Below, piece by piece: positions 1 through 11,161 of a stretch of 48,642 bases of DNA; the first letter of the stretch is position 1; the number at the start of each line of letters is the position of its first letter. Source of the stretch: Acidobacteriota bacterium (GTDB lineage: Bacteria > Acidobacteriota > Polarisedimenticolia > Gp22-AA2). Location of the stretch: assembly GCA_031394595.1 (NCBI GenBank), contig JANNTZ010000269.1, forward strand, positions 1 through 48,642. The letters run 5' to 3'. The translations under genes and the position numbers were made by a program. Under the pieces are notes generated by a model. It had not been told where the DNA came from. It worked only from the letters and a program-made list of their open reading frames with translations, and ran no database searches.

Positions 1-21
1 TCGCTGCGGAGGGTTGACGAC

Positions 22-1540
<1,519 letters not shown>

Positions 1541-1587
1541 TCATGGGTGGAGTGTAGCCCGGAAATCGCTCCGGTCCCGCCGGTTCG

Positions 1588-2004
1588 CTACTTCACGACC
1601 AGCGTGCCGTTCCTGCTCCAGTGCTTGACGCCCCAGCTCCTGGTGCAGCGGAACTCGAAGGTCCCGGCCTCGTTCGGGACGAACTCGACCACGGCGGCCT
1701 TCTCGGGCGACACCCGGGTGCTGACATCGAAGTCCTTGAACTTGATGCCGTAGGTCCCGTCCCGGCTCACGAAGGTGATTTGCACGTGATCGCCCCGATT
1801 CACCCGGATGATGCTGGGTGCGATGCTCCCTTCGGAGGCGGTGACGTGGAACTTCTTGACCTGACCGGGAGCGACCGATTTCGCCGCCACCGCGTTGCCA
1901 CGTTCTTCGTTGTTCCGCCCTGGCTGATCGGCGGCCGTGGTAACGGTGCAAAACGTCAGAACGGTCACCACGGCGACGACTGAACTCGAGAAGTGGGATC
2001 GCAT
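1588..2004 (-). CDS. Secreted cupredoxin-fold protein with degenerate copper ligands
   Basis: RBS aaggag before ATG 2004; signal peptide; 'PSIIRVNRGDHVQITF...GTFEFRC...H...GTLVVK' cupredoxin pattern. Confidence 0.75.
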   Translation of the reverse strand: MRSHFSSSVVAVVTVLTFCTVTTAADQPGRNNEERGNAVAAKSVAPGQVKKFHVTASEGSIAPSIIRVNRGDHVQITFVSRDGTYGIKFKDFDVSTRVSPEKAAVVEFVPNEAGTFEFRCTRSWGVKHWSRNGTLVVK

Positions 2005-2535
2005 GCTGTCCTCCTTGGCGCGCCGGGAGTGACATCCCCCGCCGCGACCCCGTGACGCCCCGATGGGTCGGGGCGTCCCAATCGAATATGCGATGGGGGG
2101 CGGGGGGATCAAGGGACTTGCGAAACTGGCACCATCGCGAATCCGCTCCTGACAAGGGATTGCCGCGATCGGCCGGGGGCGTGTCCCGGCGCCGCACACG
2201 GAGGACGGGACCTGGGTCCCGCGCGTTTCCCTGGAGGGTGGGTGCAGCGGGGTTCCCGTTCCTTACCGTGTTTGCCGTGAATCATCGGCAGGACGCGGGA
2301 CCCAGGAGCGTCCTCGCCGGTTCGGCCCCTGCCCGGAGGCGGCCGGTGCGGGGTGCCTTCGGGCGGACCGTTACGGGACCGAACCGGCTTGACTGCATAC
2401 AGAAATGTACTCGTGGGTTTACCGCCAGCCCTGAGAACCGATCCCGGGATGGTGCAGCCTCACCGCACCCGCCTGCGGTTCCGGCTCCGCGATCCGTTTC
2501 ACACTCCGGCGACCGGTTCACAGCCCCGGGCTCCC

Positions 2536-2563
2536 TTGACGGCGGGCAGGCATGACATAGATT
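2536..2563 (+). promoter_or_regulatory. Putative sigma70 promoter TTGACG-N16-TAGATT
   Basis: Consensus-like hexamers about 30 nt upstream of ATG 2595. Confidence 0.45.
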
Positions 2564-2594
2564 GAGACTCCGACAACGAACCGGAGGTGTGGTC

Positions 2595-3374
2595 ATGCGC
2601 TTCATCCGAACGAGCGTGGCGTTGGTGGTGGCAGGTGCCGTCCTGCTCCCCGGGTGCGTCACCAAGCCGTCCAAGATGCTGGCCGATCGGGAGAAACGCC
2701 GTGAACTGGTGGAAGCCCTGGTCACCGACCCGACAGGCCGCCAGGAAGTGATCGATCGGCTGGTGGGATCGCCGACCGAGCGGACGGCGGTCTTCGATCG
2801 CATTCAGAAAGATGAAGCCATTGTCGCCGCCCTGATCGAGAAGGTCGTGGCCGAGGATCGGGGCCGGGCCATCCTGGCCGCGAAGGTGGCCGCCAACCCG
2901 GAGGGCGCGAAGACCTTCATCCGCATGCTGATGCTCACCGGGGTCATGGGCGAGTCGATGACCCAGCAGCAGGCCAACGCGCTCGGCCTCAGCGAGCCGT
3001 TCGCCTTCGGCAACCAGCGCCGGACGATGCTGGATCTCAGGCGGGTCGGTGCGGAGATCGACACCTGGGCGAAGAAGAACGAGGGGCGCTACCCGGCGTG
3101 CGACGACTTCGGCCGGGTGGATGGCTGCCTGTCAGGCCACATCAAGGGCGGCGAGTTTGCGGAGCTGCGGACCAAGGATGCGTGGGGGCACCCGTTCCTG
3201 TACCACAGCGACCCCGAGGGGACGCAGTACGTGCTGATCTCCTACGCCACCGACGGCAAGGATGACGGGATGGGAAAGATCGGACCGACCGCATCCTTCG
3301 ACTGCGACATCGTCTTCTCGAACGGCGACTTCATCCAGTGGCCCGGCTGGATCCGCAAGGGCGAGCTGCGTTAG
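2595..3374 (+). CDS. Lipoprotein with 14-aa helical repeats and C-terminal GspG/T2SSG-like globular domain
   Basis: RBS ggagg; lipobox LPGC; 'GRYP...KDAWGHPFLY...YVLISYATDGKDDG' resembles the GspG C-terminal motif. Confidence 0.7.
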   Translation: MRFIRTSVALVVAGAVLLPGCVTKPSKMLADREKRRELVEALVTDPTGRQEVIDRLVGSPTERTAVFDRIQKDEAIVAALIEKVVAEDRGRAILAAKVAANPEGAKTFIRMLMLTGVMGESMTQQQANALGLSEPFAFGNQRRTMLDLRRVGAEIDTWAKKNEGRYPACDDFGRVDGCLSGHIKGGEFAELRTKDAWGHPFLYHSDPEGTQYVLISYATDGKDDGMGKIGPTASFDCDIVFSNGDFIQWPGWIRKGELR

Positions 3375-3426
3375 AGGCTTGAACCGGCCGCCGCGGCCGC
3401 CTGGCCGGCGACCGGCCGGGTTCCCT

Positions 3427-4182
3427 TCACAGGATCGCCAGGTAGACGAGCAGATCCTCGATCTCCTCCGGGCTCAGGGTTTCCGTCGATCCGAGCGTTT
3501 TCAGGTACTCGAGCTTCGCCGGAATCAGCGCCTGCAATGTCGGATGACGGCCGTCATGCAAGTACGGCGCCGTCGTCGAGACGCCGCGCAGGGAAGGCAC
3601 GTTGAACGACCCGCCGCTGCCGATGTCCTCGTTGTCCGGCTTGGCGAAAACCGGCGGGACGTGGCAGGCGTTGCAGGACGCCTTCAGGAACGCCTGGTGG
3701 CCACGGCGGGCCGCTGCCGGGGCGGCGTCCGAAGGAGTGCCGTCCGCGTTCAGGTTCGGGTTGGCCGGGAACTCGAGCGATCCCAGGTAGGCTTCCAGGT
3801 GCGCCAGCTGATCGGCGGTCGGTTCCTTCCCCTTCATCCGGTTGACGATGATCCCCTTGACGTTGTCCTGCAGGCTCTTGCCGCCGGCCCAGGAGTAGGG
3901 GGCCGTGTCCCGGACGCCCCGGAGCGTCGGCGTGCTGCGACCGTCCGGCTGGCCGTCGGGGACGATGTTCAGTCCGACGTAGGTCTTGTTGTCGGTGTGG
4001 CCTCCGCCCGGATGACAGCTGGCGCAGGCGGTCTTCCCGTCGCCGGAGAGCGTCGTATCGTTGAACAGCCGGAATCCCGCCTCGACCGGGGTGGCTGGTG
4101 CCGGCGGCGCCGGAGAGCACGCGGCCAGAAGGCCGGCTCCGACAACGAGTGTGGCGAGAGCGACGAATCGTGATCGGTTCAT
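3427..4182 (-). CDS. Di-heme cytochrome c lipoprotein, cytochrome c peroxidase/MauG-like superfamily (short form)
   Basis: RBS aggag; lipobox LAAC; heme motifs CASCH and CNACH; TPTLRG..TAPYSW and VPSLRG..TAPYLHDG. Confidence 0.8.
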   Translation of the reverse strand: MNRSRFVALATLVVGAGLLAACSPAPPAPATPVEAGFRLFNDTTLSGDGKTACASCHPGGGHTDNKTYVGLNIVPDGQPDGRSTPTLRGVRDTAPYSWAGGKSLQDNVKGIIVNRMKGKEPTADQLAHLEAYLGSLEFPANPNLNADGTPSDAAPAAARRGHQAFLKASCNACHVPPVFAKPDNEDIGSGGSFNVPSLRGVSTTAPYLHDGRHPTLQALIPAKLEYLKTLGSTETLSPEEIEDLLVYLAIL

Positions 4183-4218
4183 CGGGAGCCCTCCTGCGGG
4201 ATGCCGGGGCGAAACGAA

Positions 4219-4295
4219 TGGTGCGCCCAGCAAGATTCGAACTTGCGACCTTCGGATTCGTAGTCCGACGCTCTATCCATCTGAGCTATGGGCGC
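4219..4295 (-). tRNA. tRNA-Arg(ACG)
   Basis: Minus strand GCGCCCATAGCTCAGATGGATAGAGC-GTCGGACTACGAATCCGA-AGGTCGCAAGTTCGAATCTTGCTGGGCGCACCA; cloverleaf, anticodon ACG, encoded CCA. Confidence 0.97.
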
Positions 4296-4346
4296 ACACC
4301 CGGTTCTGTGTTGTCAGGGCGCGAAGTCTAGCACAGGGCAGGAGTT

Positions 4347-5723
4347 TCAGACGCGCGACTGGGCGCGCCACCAGGCCTGTCCCGACCCGGGGAGCGTGTA
4401 AACCGGGTCGTAATACTCGTAGCGCCGGGTCAGCGCCTGAGGATCGTCGGCCTCGATGCCGGTGCGGTAGTTCTTGGTCCAGTAAGTGATCCCCTTGTCG
4501 CGGTCGTAGTCGGCAATCTGGTTGACCCAACGCTTGCCGACGAACGGCACATCGCACACCATCCTCGGCGTCGCGAAGCCCGGCAGGTAGCCCATAATGT
4601 CGTGCTGCAGTTGCTGGACCTCGTGGATTGCCAGCCGCCAGTGCTCGGCCCCGGGGATCATGTCGCACTGGTAGAAGTAGTACGGCATGATCTTGCCGTG
4701 GTCGAGAAGCGTGAAGCAGAGCTCGAGGAGCGTCTCGGCCTTGGTGTTCACGCCCCGCAGCAGCACTCCCTGGTTGCGCACGTCCCGGTATCCGAGGTCG
4801 AGGAGTTTCTGCACCGCCCTGGCCACCAGCGGGGTGACCTGGTTCGCGTGGTTGACGTGGGTATGGACCGCGAGGTCGACACCGCGCTCGCGTGCTTTTA
4901 CCGCCAGCCGTTCCAGACCGCGCACCACGTCGTCCTGCAGGAAGTGCTGCGGGATCCCCATCAGACCCTTGGTGGCGAGCCGGATGTCGCGGATGTTCGG
5001 GATGTCCATGAGCGCCGACACGAAGGTCTCCAGGACCCCGATCGGCAGGTTGGCGATGTCGCCGCCGGAGACCACCACATCCCGCACCTGCGGCGTGCGC
5101 TTGAGATAGTCGAGGATGCGGGCGTAACGGTCCTTCTGCGGCACCGTGAAGCGGTGTTTCTCGACCTGCGGGACATCGTTGCCGACCAGGTCCATGCGGG
5201 TGCAGTGACCGCAGTACTGCGGGCAGGTGGACAGCATCTCCGCCAGCACCTTGGTCGGGTAGCGATGCGTCAGTCCCTCGACCGCCCACATGTCGGCCTC
5301 GTGCAGGCTGTCGCGCTGCGCCTTCGGGTGTGACGGCCAGTCCGGATCGCGGTCCTCGAATGCCGGCAGCATGTAATGCCGCACCGGGTCGTTCCAGAGA
5401 TCTTTCTCATCCATGGTGTTCAGCATCTGCGGCGGGATCAGGAGCGACATCGTGGCGCGCTCCTTCTGGTCCCGCTCGATGCCGGCGACCAGCGACTCCG
5501 GGATCAGCGAACCGAAGACTTCGCGCAGCTCGCGGAGATTCTTGACCGTGTTCTTGCGCTGCCAGAGGGCGCTCTCCCAGTCCTGGCGGCTGACCTCCCG
5601 GAACCCGGGGAGGCGGCGCCAGTCCGGCTCGACGAACTCGCGCTGGAGGGGATAGTGAAACGGCTGTTCGCCCGCCCGGACCTGCGGCGGGGCAAGGGTC
5701 GTGTCTGGGGTCGTTCGCGCCAT
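4347..5723 (-). CDS. KamA-family radical SAM/PLP aminomutase (lysine 2,3-aminomutase-like, long form)
   Basis: GLTHRYP, CPQYCGHCTR (CxxxCxxC), DVVVSGGD, HVNH, NQGVLLRGVN, PYYFYQCD, GKRW. Confidence 0.88.
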   Translation of the reverse strand: MARTTPDTTLAPPQVRAGEQPFHYPLQREFVEPDWRRLPGFREVSRQDWESALWQRKNTVKNLRELREVFGSLIPESLVAGIERDQKERATMSLLIPPQMLNTMDEKDLWNDPVRHYMLPAFEDRDPDWPSHPKAQRDSLHEADMWAVEGLTHRYPTKVLAEMLSTCPQYCGHCTRMDLVGNDVPQVEKHRFTVPQKDRYARILDYLKRTPQVRDVVVSGGDIANLPIGVLETFVSALMDIPNIRDIRLATKGLMGIPQHFLQDDVVRGLERLAVKARERGVDLAVHTHVNHANQVTPLVARAVQKLLDLGYRDVRNQGVLLRGVNTKAETLLELCFTLLDHGKIMPYYFYQCDMIPGAEHWRLAIHEVQQLQHDIMGYLPGFATPRMVCDVPFVGKRWVNQIADYDRDKGITYWTKNYRTGIEADDPQALTRRYEYYDPVYTLPGSGQAWWRAQSRV

Positions 5724-5879
5724 GATCGAAGTCTCTCGTCTGTGATCGTTTGTTCCGGATTACGAAACCATGTCTCCGCGGACGGTTTATTGTCGCCGAT
5801 CCACGCCATTCTCTGCAAGCCGCGCCACCGGAGGATCAGGGCGGGACGGCGAGGACGAAGTCCGGGTCGGCGGGACCGC

Positions 5880-7133
5880 TCAGGTCGTGTAGTGCGCGTT
5901 GATGTCGATGTAGCGCCGGGTCAGGTCGCAGGTCCAGAGGGTGGCGCTGCCTGGACCCCGGCCGACGCCGAGGCGAAGTGCGACCCGCGGCCGCCGGAAC
6001 AGGTCGGCGCGACCAGCGCCGGCTGTACCGCAGCCACGACGGACAATCGGCACCCCCTCGATCTCCAGTGACACGTCACCCGGCTCGAAGTCGATACCGG
6101 CGCTGCCGGCCGCCGACAGGATCCGCCCCCAGTTCGGATCGCCGCCGGCGAGCGCCGTCTTCACCAGCGGGGAATTGGCGATCGCGCGGGCGATGCTGTC
6201 CGCGTCCCGGCGGCTCGCGGCGCCGGTCACCCGGACCTCCAGGATGCGGCGCGCCCCCTCGCCGTCGGCGACGATGTCGAGAGCCAGAGCGTGGCAGACC
6301 TCCCGCAGGGCCTCGACGAACGCCCGCTCGCGGCGCCCGGACTGGATCAGCGTCGGGTTGCCGGCGGCGCCGCTGGCCAGCAGCAGGACGGTGTCGTTGG
6401 TAGACCGGTCGCCGTCCACGCTGATGGCGTTGAACGAGTCGCGGACGGCCTCCTTCAGGAGACGCTGCAGCAGCCAGGGATGCACGGCGGCGTCGGTCAG
6501 GAGGAAGGCCAGCATGGTCGCCATGTTGGGATGGATCATCCCGGATCCCTTGGCGAAGCCGGTGATCGTGACTGTGTGGCCGTTGATCCGGGCCCGGCAG
6601 CATCGGATCTTGGCGCGCGTGTCGGTGGTCAGGATGGCGGTCGCCGCGTCGGCCAGCCCGCCGGGCGAGAGGGCCCGGGCCGCGCGGGGCAGAGCGGACA
6701 GGATTCGATCGTGCGGCAGGGCCCGGCCGATGACCCCGGTCGACGCGATCAGCACCTCCTCGGGGCGACAGCGCACCAGACGCGCGGCCGCGGCCGCGAC
6801 CGCCCGGGCGCGGCGCAACCCGTCGATCCCGGTGGCGGCGTTGGCGCAGCCGGAGTTCACCACGACGACCCGCGCCAGACCGGGGCTGCGCTTCAGGTGT
6901 TCACGGCAGACAATGACCGGCGCCGCCGCGAAGCGGTTGGTCGTGAAGACGCCGGCGGCGGCGGCGCGGCGATCGCAGGCCACGACCATCAGGTCGAGCG
7001 CCGGCCGGCTCCCACGCCCGCGGGACTTGATCCCGCAAGCCACTCCAGAGGCGCGGAATCCGCCGGGCAGGACCGGGCGCCGGGGAATGGTCAGACTGCC
7101 GGTCGATCCGCGCCGCACGTTCCGGGGCTTCAT
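5880..7133 (-). CDS. argJ: Bifunctional ornithine acetyltransferase/N-acetylglutamate synthase
   Basis: GVFTTN, NSGCANA, STGVIG, ILTTDT, KGSGMIHPNMATML, DGEGA, DPNWGR, TCDLT. Confidence 0.96.
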   Translation of the reverse strand: MKPRNVRRGSTGSLTIPRRPVLPGGFRASGVACGIKSRGRGSRPALDLMVVACDRRAAAAGVFTTNRFAAAPVIVCREHLKRSPGLARVVVVNSGCANAATGIDGLRRARAVAAAAARLVRCRPEEVLIASTGVIGRALPHDRILSALPRAARALSPGGLADAATAILTTDTRAKIRCCRARINGHTVTITGFAKGSGMIHPNMATMLAFLLTDAAVHPWLLQRLLKEAVRDSFNAISVDGDRSTNDTVLLLASGAAGNPTLIQSGRRERAFVEALREVCHALALDIVADGEGARRILEVRVTGAASRRDADSIARAIANSPLVKTALAGGDPNWGRILSAAGSAGIDFEPGDVSLEIEGVPIVRRGCGTAGAGRADLFRRPRVALRLGVGRGPGSATLWTCDLTRRYIDINAHYTT

Positions 7134-7185
7134 GGCAGCTCCTTGATCGACGCCGGCCGGATGGCGAGGTTCGAAGCCGCGGGGG

Positions 7186-8679
7186 TCATGCGTCGTCCGC
7201 CTCCCGGGGGCGGCCGGATCTGCGGGCGATGGCGGCCGGCCCGAGGCGCGCCGATCGCGCCCAGGTCTCGAGATCGTCGAGCGCGGCCCTGACGCGGGCC
7301 GGGGCTGTCCCGCCGATGGCGGCGCGTCGATCGAGCGCCCGGCGCAATCCGAGCCGGCGGATCAACGGTGCGTCGATCCGGGGCGACAGCCGGTGCAGCG
7401 TGGCGACCGGCAGGTGGTGCACGGGGACACCCTGACGGCGCGCCACCTCCGCGGCGCGGCCGGCGAGAGCGTGGGCGCGCGCGAACGGAAGCCCGCGCTC
7501 GACGAGAAGATCGGCGAGATCGGTCGCCAGCATCCCGCCCGTGTCGGCGTCGCGCAGCCCGCGCGATTGGACCGGCTCGAGGTGCCACAGCGTGGCGATC
7601 AGCGCAGTGAGCGAGGCGCCGGTGGTGTCCACGACATCGAAGACCGCCTCCTTGTCCTCCTGGAGATCGCGGTTGTAGGCCGCGGGGAGCCCCTTGAGGG
7701 TCGCCAGGAAACCGCCCAGCCGGCCAAGGACGCGCCCCGCCTTGCCACGCATGAGTTCCAGGGCGTCGGGGTTTTTCTTCTGTGGCATCAGGCTGGACCC
7801 GGTGGCCGCGGCGTCTCCCAGACGGAGCCAGCCGAACTCCTCCGCGGTCGCCAGGATCAGGTCCTCGGCGATCTGCGACAGATGCACCATCAGGACGGCG
7901 CCGGCGTACAGGAGATCGGCGACGAAGTCACGGTCGGCGACGGCATCGAGGCTGTTGGCGGTCGGGGCACGGAAACCGAGACGGCGGGCCAGGCGGCGGC
8001 GGTCGACACGCAGTGCCGTGCCCGCGACAGCGCCGCTTCCCAGCGGGCAGGTCCCGGTGGCGGAGCGGGCCGCGTCGAGGCGTGCGACATCGCGCCGCAG
8101 CCGCTCGGCGTGCGCCAGCAGGAGGTGTGCCAGCAGGACCGGCTGGCCGCGGCGGAGATGCGTGTAACCGGGCACCACCAGGTCCCCGCAGCGCCGCGCG
8201 AGCCCGGTGAATCCGTCGATCGCCGAGAGGAGGCGATCCCGCAGGCCGTCGATCGCCGCGCCGCACCAGATCTTGAGATCGGTGGCGACCAGGTCGTTGC
8301 GCGATCGTCCGGTTCGCAGTTTCCCGGCCAGCGCCGGCCCGACACGCGCGGCCAGCCGCGCCTCGACCCAGGAGTGAATGTCCTCCGGATCGCCCGGCCC
8401 GCCGTCCGCCGGCGGGGTTTCGGCGGCGATCGCGGCCAGGGCCCGGTCGATGCGCCGCCCCTCGGTCGCCGACAGCACACCGGATTCGACGAGGGCGCCG
8501 ACCCAGGCGCGATTCGCGGCGATATCGGCGGGGAGCAGCCGCCGGTCGAAGGCGAAGGACGAAAGATAGGCCTCGATGGCCGGGTCGATCGGCGCGGCGA
8601 AGCCGCCGCCCCAGAGCCGGTGGCTCCGGACCCGCGTCCGTGGGCGGGTGCGGCGACGTGTGGCGTCACGTCCGCTCAT
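7186..8679 (-). CDS. argH: Argininosuccinate lyase
   Basis: LWGG, EDIH, GRSRND, PGYTHL, TGSSLMPQKKNPD, YNRDLQEDKE; ATGA overlap with argG. Confidence 0.96.
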   Translation of the reverse strand: MSGRDATRRRTRPRTRVRSHRLWGGGFAAPIDPAIEAYLSSFAFDRRLLPADIAANRAWVGALVESGVLSATEGRRIDRALAAIAAETPPADGGPGDPEDIHSWVEARLAARVGPALAGKLRTGRSRNDLVATDLKIWCGAAIDGLRDRLLSAIDGFTGLARRCGDLVVPGYTHLRRGQPVLLAHLLLAHAERLRRDVARLDAARSATGTCPLGSGAVAGTALRVDRRRLARRLGFRAPTANSLDAVADRDFVADLLYAGAVLMVHLSQIAEDLILATAEEFGWLRLGDAAATGSSLMPQKKNPDALELMRGKAGRVLGRLGGFLATLKGLPAAYNRDLQEDKEAVFDVVDTTGASLTALIATLWHLEPVQSRGLRDADTGGMLATDLADLLVERGLPFARAHALAGRAAEVARRQGVPVHHLPVATLHRLSPRIDAPLIRRLGLRRALDRRAAIGGTAPARVRAALDDLETWARSARLGPAAIARRSGRPREADDA

Positions 8680-9974
8680 CGGACCTCCTCCCGCCGCGCG
8701 CCGCGGCGCGACAGCAGGCGGGCCGCCGCCGGCGTGAGACGTGCGGGCCGCGTCCGCGTGGGCGGGGCGGTGTCCGTCGTGGCGGCGCCGGCCTCCGCGC
8801 CACGGGTCGCCAGGCCAAACAGCCGGATGAACCCCTCGGCGTCCTTCGGGTTGAAGCCGTCACCCATGTCGAAACTGCCGAGCCGGGCGTCATAAAGCGA
8901 TCGGTCGGCGCTGCGCCCCAGCACGACGACCGTGCCACGCTGCAGGCGCAGCGTCACCTCGCCGGTCACCGATTCCTGGGTGGCGGCGACGAACGCGTCG
9001 AGTGCCCGGCGCAGCGGCGTGTACCAGAGTCCGTCGTAGACCAGCTCGGCATAGCGCAGGGCCAGGCGCTGCTTCTCGTGCATGGTGGCGCGATCGAGAC
9101 AGAGCGCCTCGATCTCCCGGTGCGCCTGCGACAGGACCGTGCCGGCCGGGGTCTCGTAGACGCCACGCGACTTGATCCCGACCAGGCGGTTCTCGACCAG
9201 ATCGGCGCGCCCGACACCGTGCATGCCGGCGATCCGGTTGAGGTTCGCGATCAGCCGGACCCCGTCGAGGGTCACGCCGTTGAGGGTGACCGGGACGCCG
9301 CGCTCGAACCCGACCCGCACCTCGGCCCCGTCGGCGGGGGCGGTCCGGGGGCCGCGCGTCAGCAGATACATCGACTCGGGCGGCGGCTGTGCCGGGTCCT
9401 CGAGCGGTCCGCCTTCGTGGCTGACATGCCAGAGGTTGCGATCGCGGCTGAAGATCGAGGCCCGGGTCACCGGGACCGGGATGCCGCGGGCTGCGGCGTA
9501 GTCGAGCGCCTCCTCGCGGGACCGGATCTCCCATTCGCGCCACGGCGCGATCACCTTGAGGTGCGGCGCCAGCGACTGATAGACCAGCTCGAAGCGGACC
9601 TGGTCGTTCCCCTTGCCGGTGCAGCCGTGGACCAGCGCATCGGCCCCCGACTCCAGGGCGACACGCACCTGCTCGCGGGCGATCACCGGCCGGGCCAGCG
9701 CGGTGCCGAGAAGGTAGCCGTTCTCGTACACCGCCCCGGCGCGCAGAGCCGGCCAGATCTGCTCCTCGACGAACGCCTGCCGCAGGTCGCGGCGCACGAA
9801 TCCGTCGGCGCCGGCGGCGCGCGCACGTTCTTCGAGGCCATCGAGTTCCTCGGCCTGCCCGACATCGGCGACCATCGCGATCACCGCACAGCGGTAGTGG
9901 TCCTTCAGCCACGGGATGATGATCGACGTGTCCAGTCCGCCGGAGTAGGCCAGCACCGCCCGCTTGACGTGCAT
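8676..9974 (-). CDS. argG: Argininosuccinate synthase
   Basis: LAYSGGLDTS, HGCTGKGNDQVRFE, GIKSRGVYETP; ATG 9974 with RBS aggagg; TGATG overlap with argD. Confidence 0.97.
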   Translation of the reverse strand: MHVKRAVLAYSGGLDTSIIIPWLKDHYRCAVIAMVADVGQAEELDGLEERARAAGADGFVRRDLRQAFVEEQIWPALRAGAVYENGYLLGTALARPVIAREQVRVALESGADALVHGCTGKGNDQVRFELVYQSLAPHLKVIAPWREWEIRSREEALDYAAARGIPVPVTRASIFSRDRNLWHVSHEGGPLEDPAQPPPESMYLLTRGPRTAPADGAEVRVGFERGVPVTLNGVTLDGVRLIANLNRIAGMHGVGRADLVENRLVGIKSRGVYETPAGTVLSQAHREIEALCLDRATMHEKQRLALRYAELVYDGLWYTPLRRALDAFVAATQESVTGEVTLRLQRGTVVVLGRSADRSLYDARLGSFDMGDGFNPKDAEGFIRLFGLATRGAEAGAATTDTAPPTRTRPARLTPAAARLLSRRGARREEVR

Positions 9975-11161
9975 CAGCACCCTCCTGACAGGGTCTTGAG
10001 CGCCCCGTCGAGAATGTTCAGGAACCGATCGATCTCCGCGTCCGACACGATGAACGGTGGCAGCAGCCGCAACACCCGATCGCCGGCGGTGCCGACGACG
10101 ACGCCGTCCGCGAGGAGCCGCTCGACGACCCGGTCCGCCGGCACGCCCAGAGCCACCCCCAGCATCAGCCCGCGACCGCGCACCTCCTCGATGACCGGGT
10201 GCCGCGTGGCGAGGAGGCGCAGGCCGTCGGCCAGGCGGTGGCCACGCTGTCGCACTACGTCCAGCAGGCCGTCGGATTCGACGACGTCGAGAAAGGCCAG
10301 CGCCAGCCGGCAGGGGAGCGGTCCGCCGCCGAAGGTCGATCCGTGGGTCCCCGGCCCGAGATCGGCCGCCAGGTCCTCGCGACCCAGGAGAGCGCCCAGG
10401 GGCAGACCGGATGCCAGTGGCTTGGCGAGCGTCACCAGGTCGGGGCCGATACCCGCCTGCCGGCAGGCGGACCATGAACCGGTCCGCCCGAGGCCGCACT
10501 GCACTTCGTCGGCAATCAGGATCGCCCCGTGCGCATCGCAGGCGGCACGCGCCGCCTGAAGCATCGCGGTGCCCAGTGGCCGCACGCCGCCCTCTCCCTG
10601 CACCGGTTCGAGGATCACGGCCGCGGTGGCCGCGGTAACGGCCGCCGTCAGAGCGGCGGGATCGTGGGCGGGGACGAAGGTGACGCCCTCCACCAGGGGA
10701 CCGAATGGGGCTCGGTACTTCGGCTGCCCGGTGACCGACAGTGCGAAGGCGGTCCGCCCGTGAAACGATCCCTCGATCGCGACGATCCCGGTGGCCTCCC
10801 CCCCCTTCAGGCGACGGGCCCGCGCCCTGGCCAGCTTCAGCGCCGCCTCCACCGCTTCGCTGCCGCTGTTGCAGAGGAACACGCGTGGCAGGTCGAACAG
10901 ACCGCCAAGACGCGCCGCCAGCGGGTCCTGCCAGGGATGGTGATAGAGGTTCGAACAGTGCAGCAGCATCTCGGGGTCGGCCGCCGCCTCCCGGATGACG
11001 GCGAGGATGCGGGGATGGGCATGACCGAGAGCGTTCACGGCGATCCCGCCCAGCATGTCGAGATAGCGCCGGCCCCCGGCGTCGCGCAGCCAGCACCCCG
11101 ATCCACCGACGAATCGGATCGGGCCGCGGCCATAGGTCGGGAAAAGCTGCGCCCCGATCAT
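9974..11161 (-). CDS. argD: Acetylornithine aminotransferase
   Basis: GIAVNALGH, NSGSEA, SFHGRT, EPVQGEGG, DEVQCG, LAK, HGSTFGG. Confidence 0.93.
   Translation of the reverse strand: MIGAQLFPTYGRGPIRFVGGSGCWLRDAGGRRYLDMLGGIAVNALGHAHPRILAVIREAAADPEMLLHCSNLYHHPWQDPLAARLGGLFDLPRVFLCNSGSEAVEAALKLARARARRLKGGEATGIVAIEGSFHGRTAFALSVTGQPKYRAPFGPLVEGVTFVPAHDPAALTAAVTAATAAVILEPVQGEGGVRPLGTAMLQAARAACDAHGAILIADEVQCGLGRTGSWSACRQAGIGPDLVTLAKPLASGLPLGALLGREDLAADLGPGTHGSTFGGGPLPCRLALAFLDVVESDGLLDVVRQRGHRLADGLRLLATRHPVIEEVRGRGLMLGVALGVPADRVVERLLADGVVVGTAGDRVLRLLPPFIVSDAEIDRFLNILDGALKTLSGGC

Noticed and set aside
4347-5723. EF-P beta-lysylation enzyme EpmB
   Set aside because: Much longer than EpmB and no efp/epmA nearby
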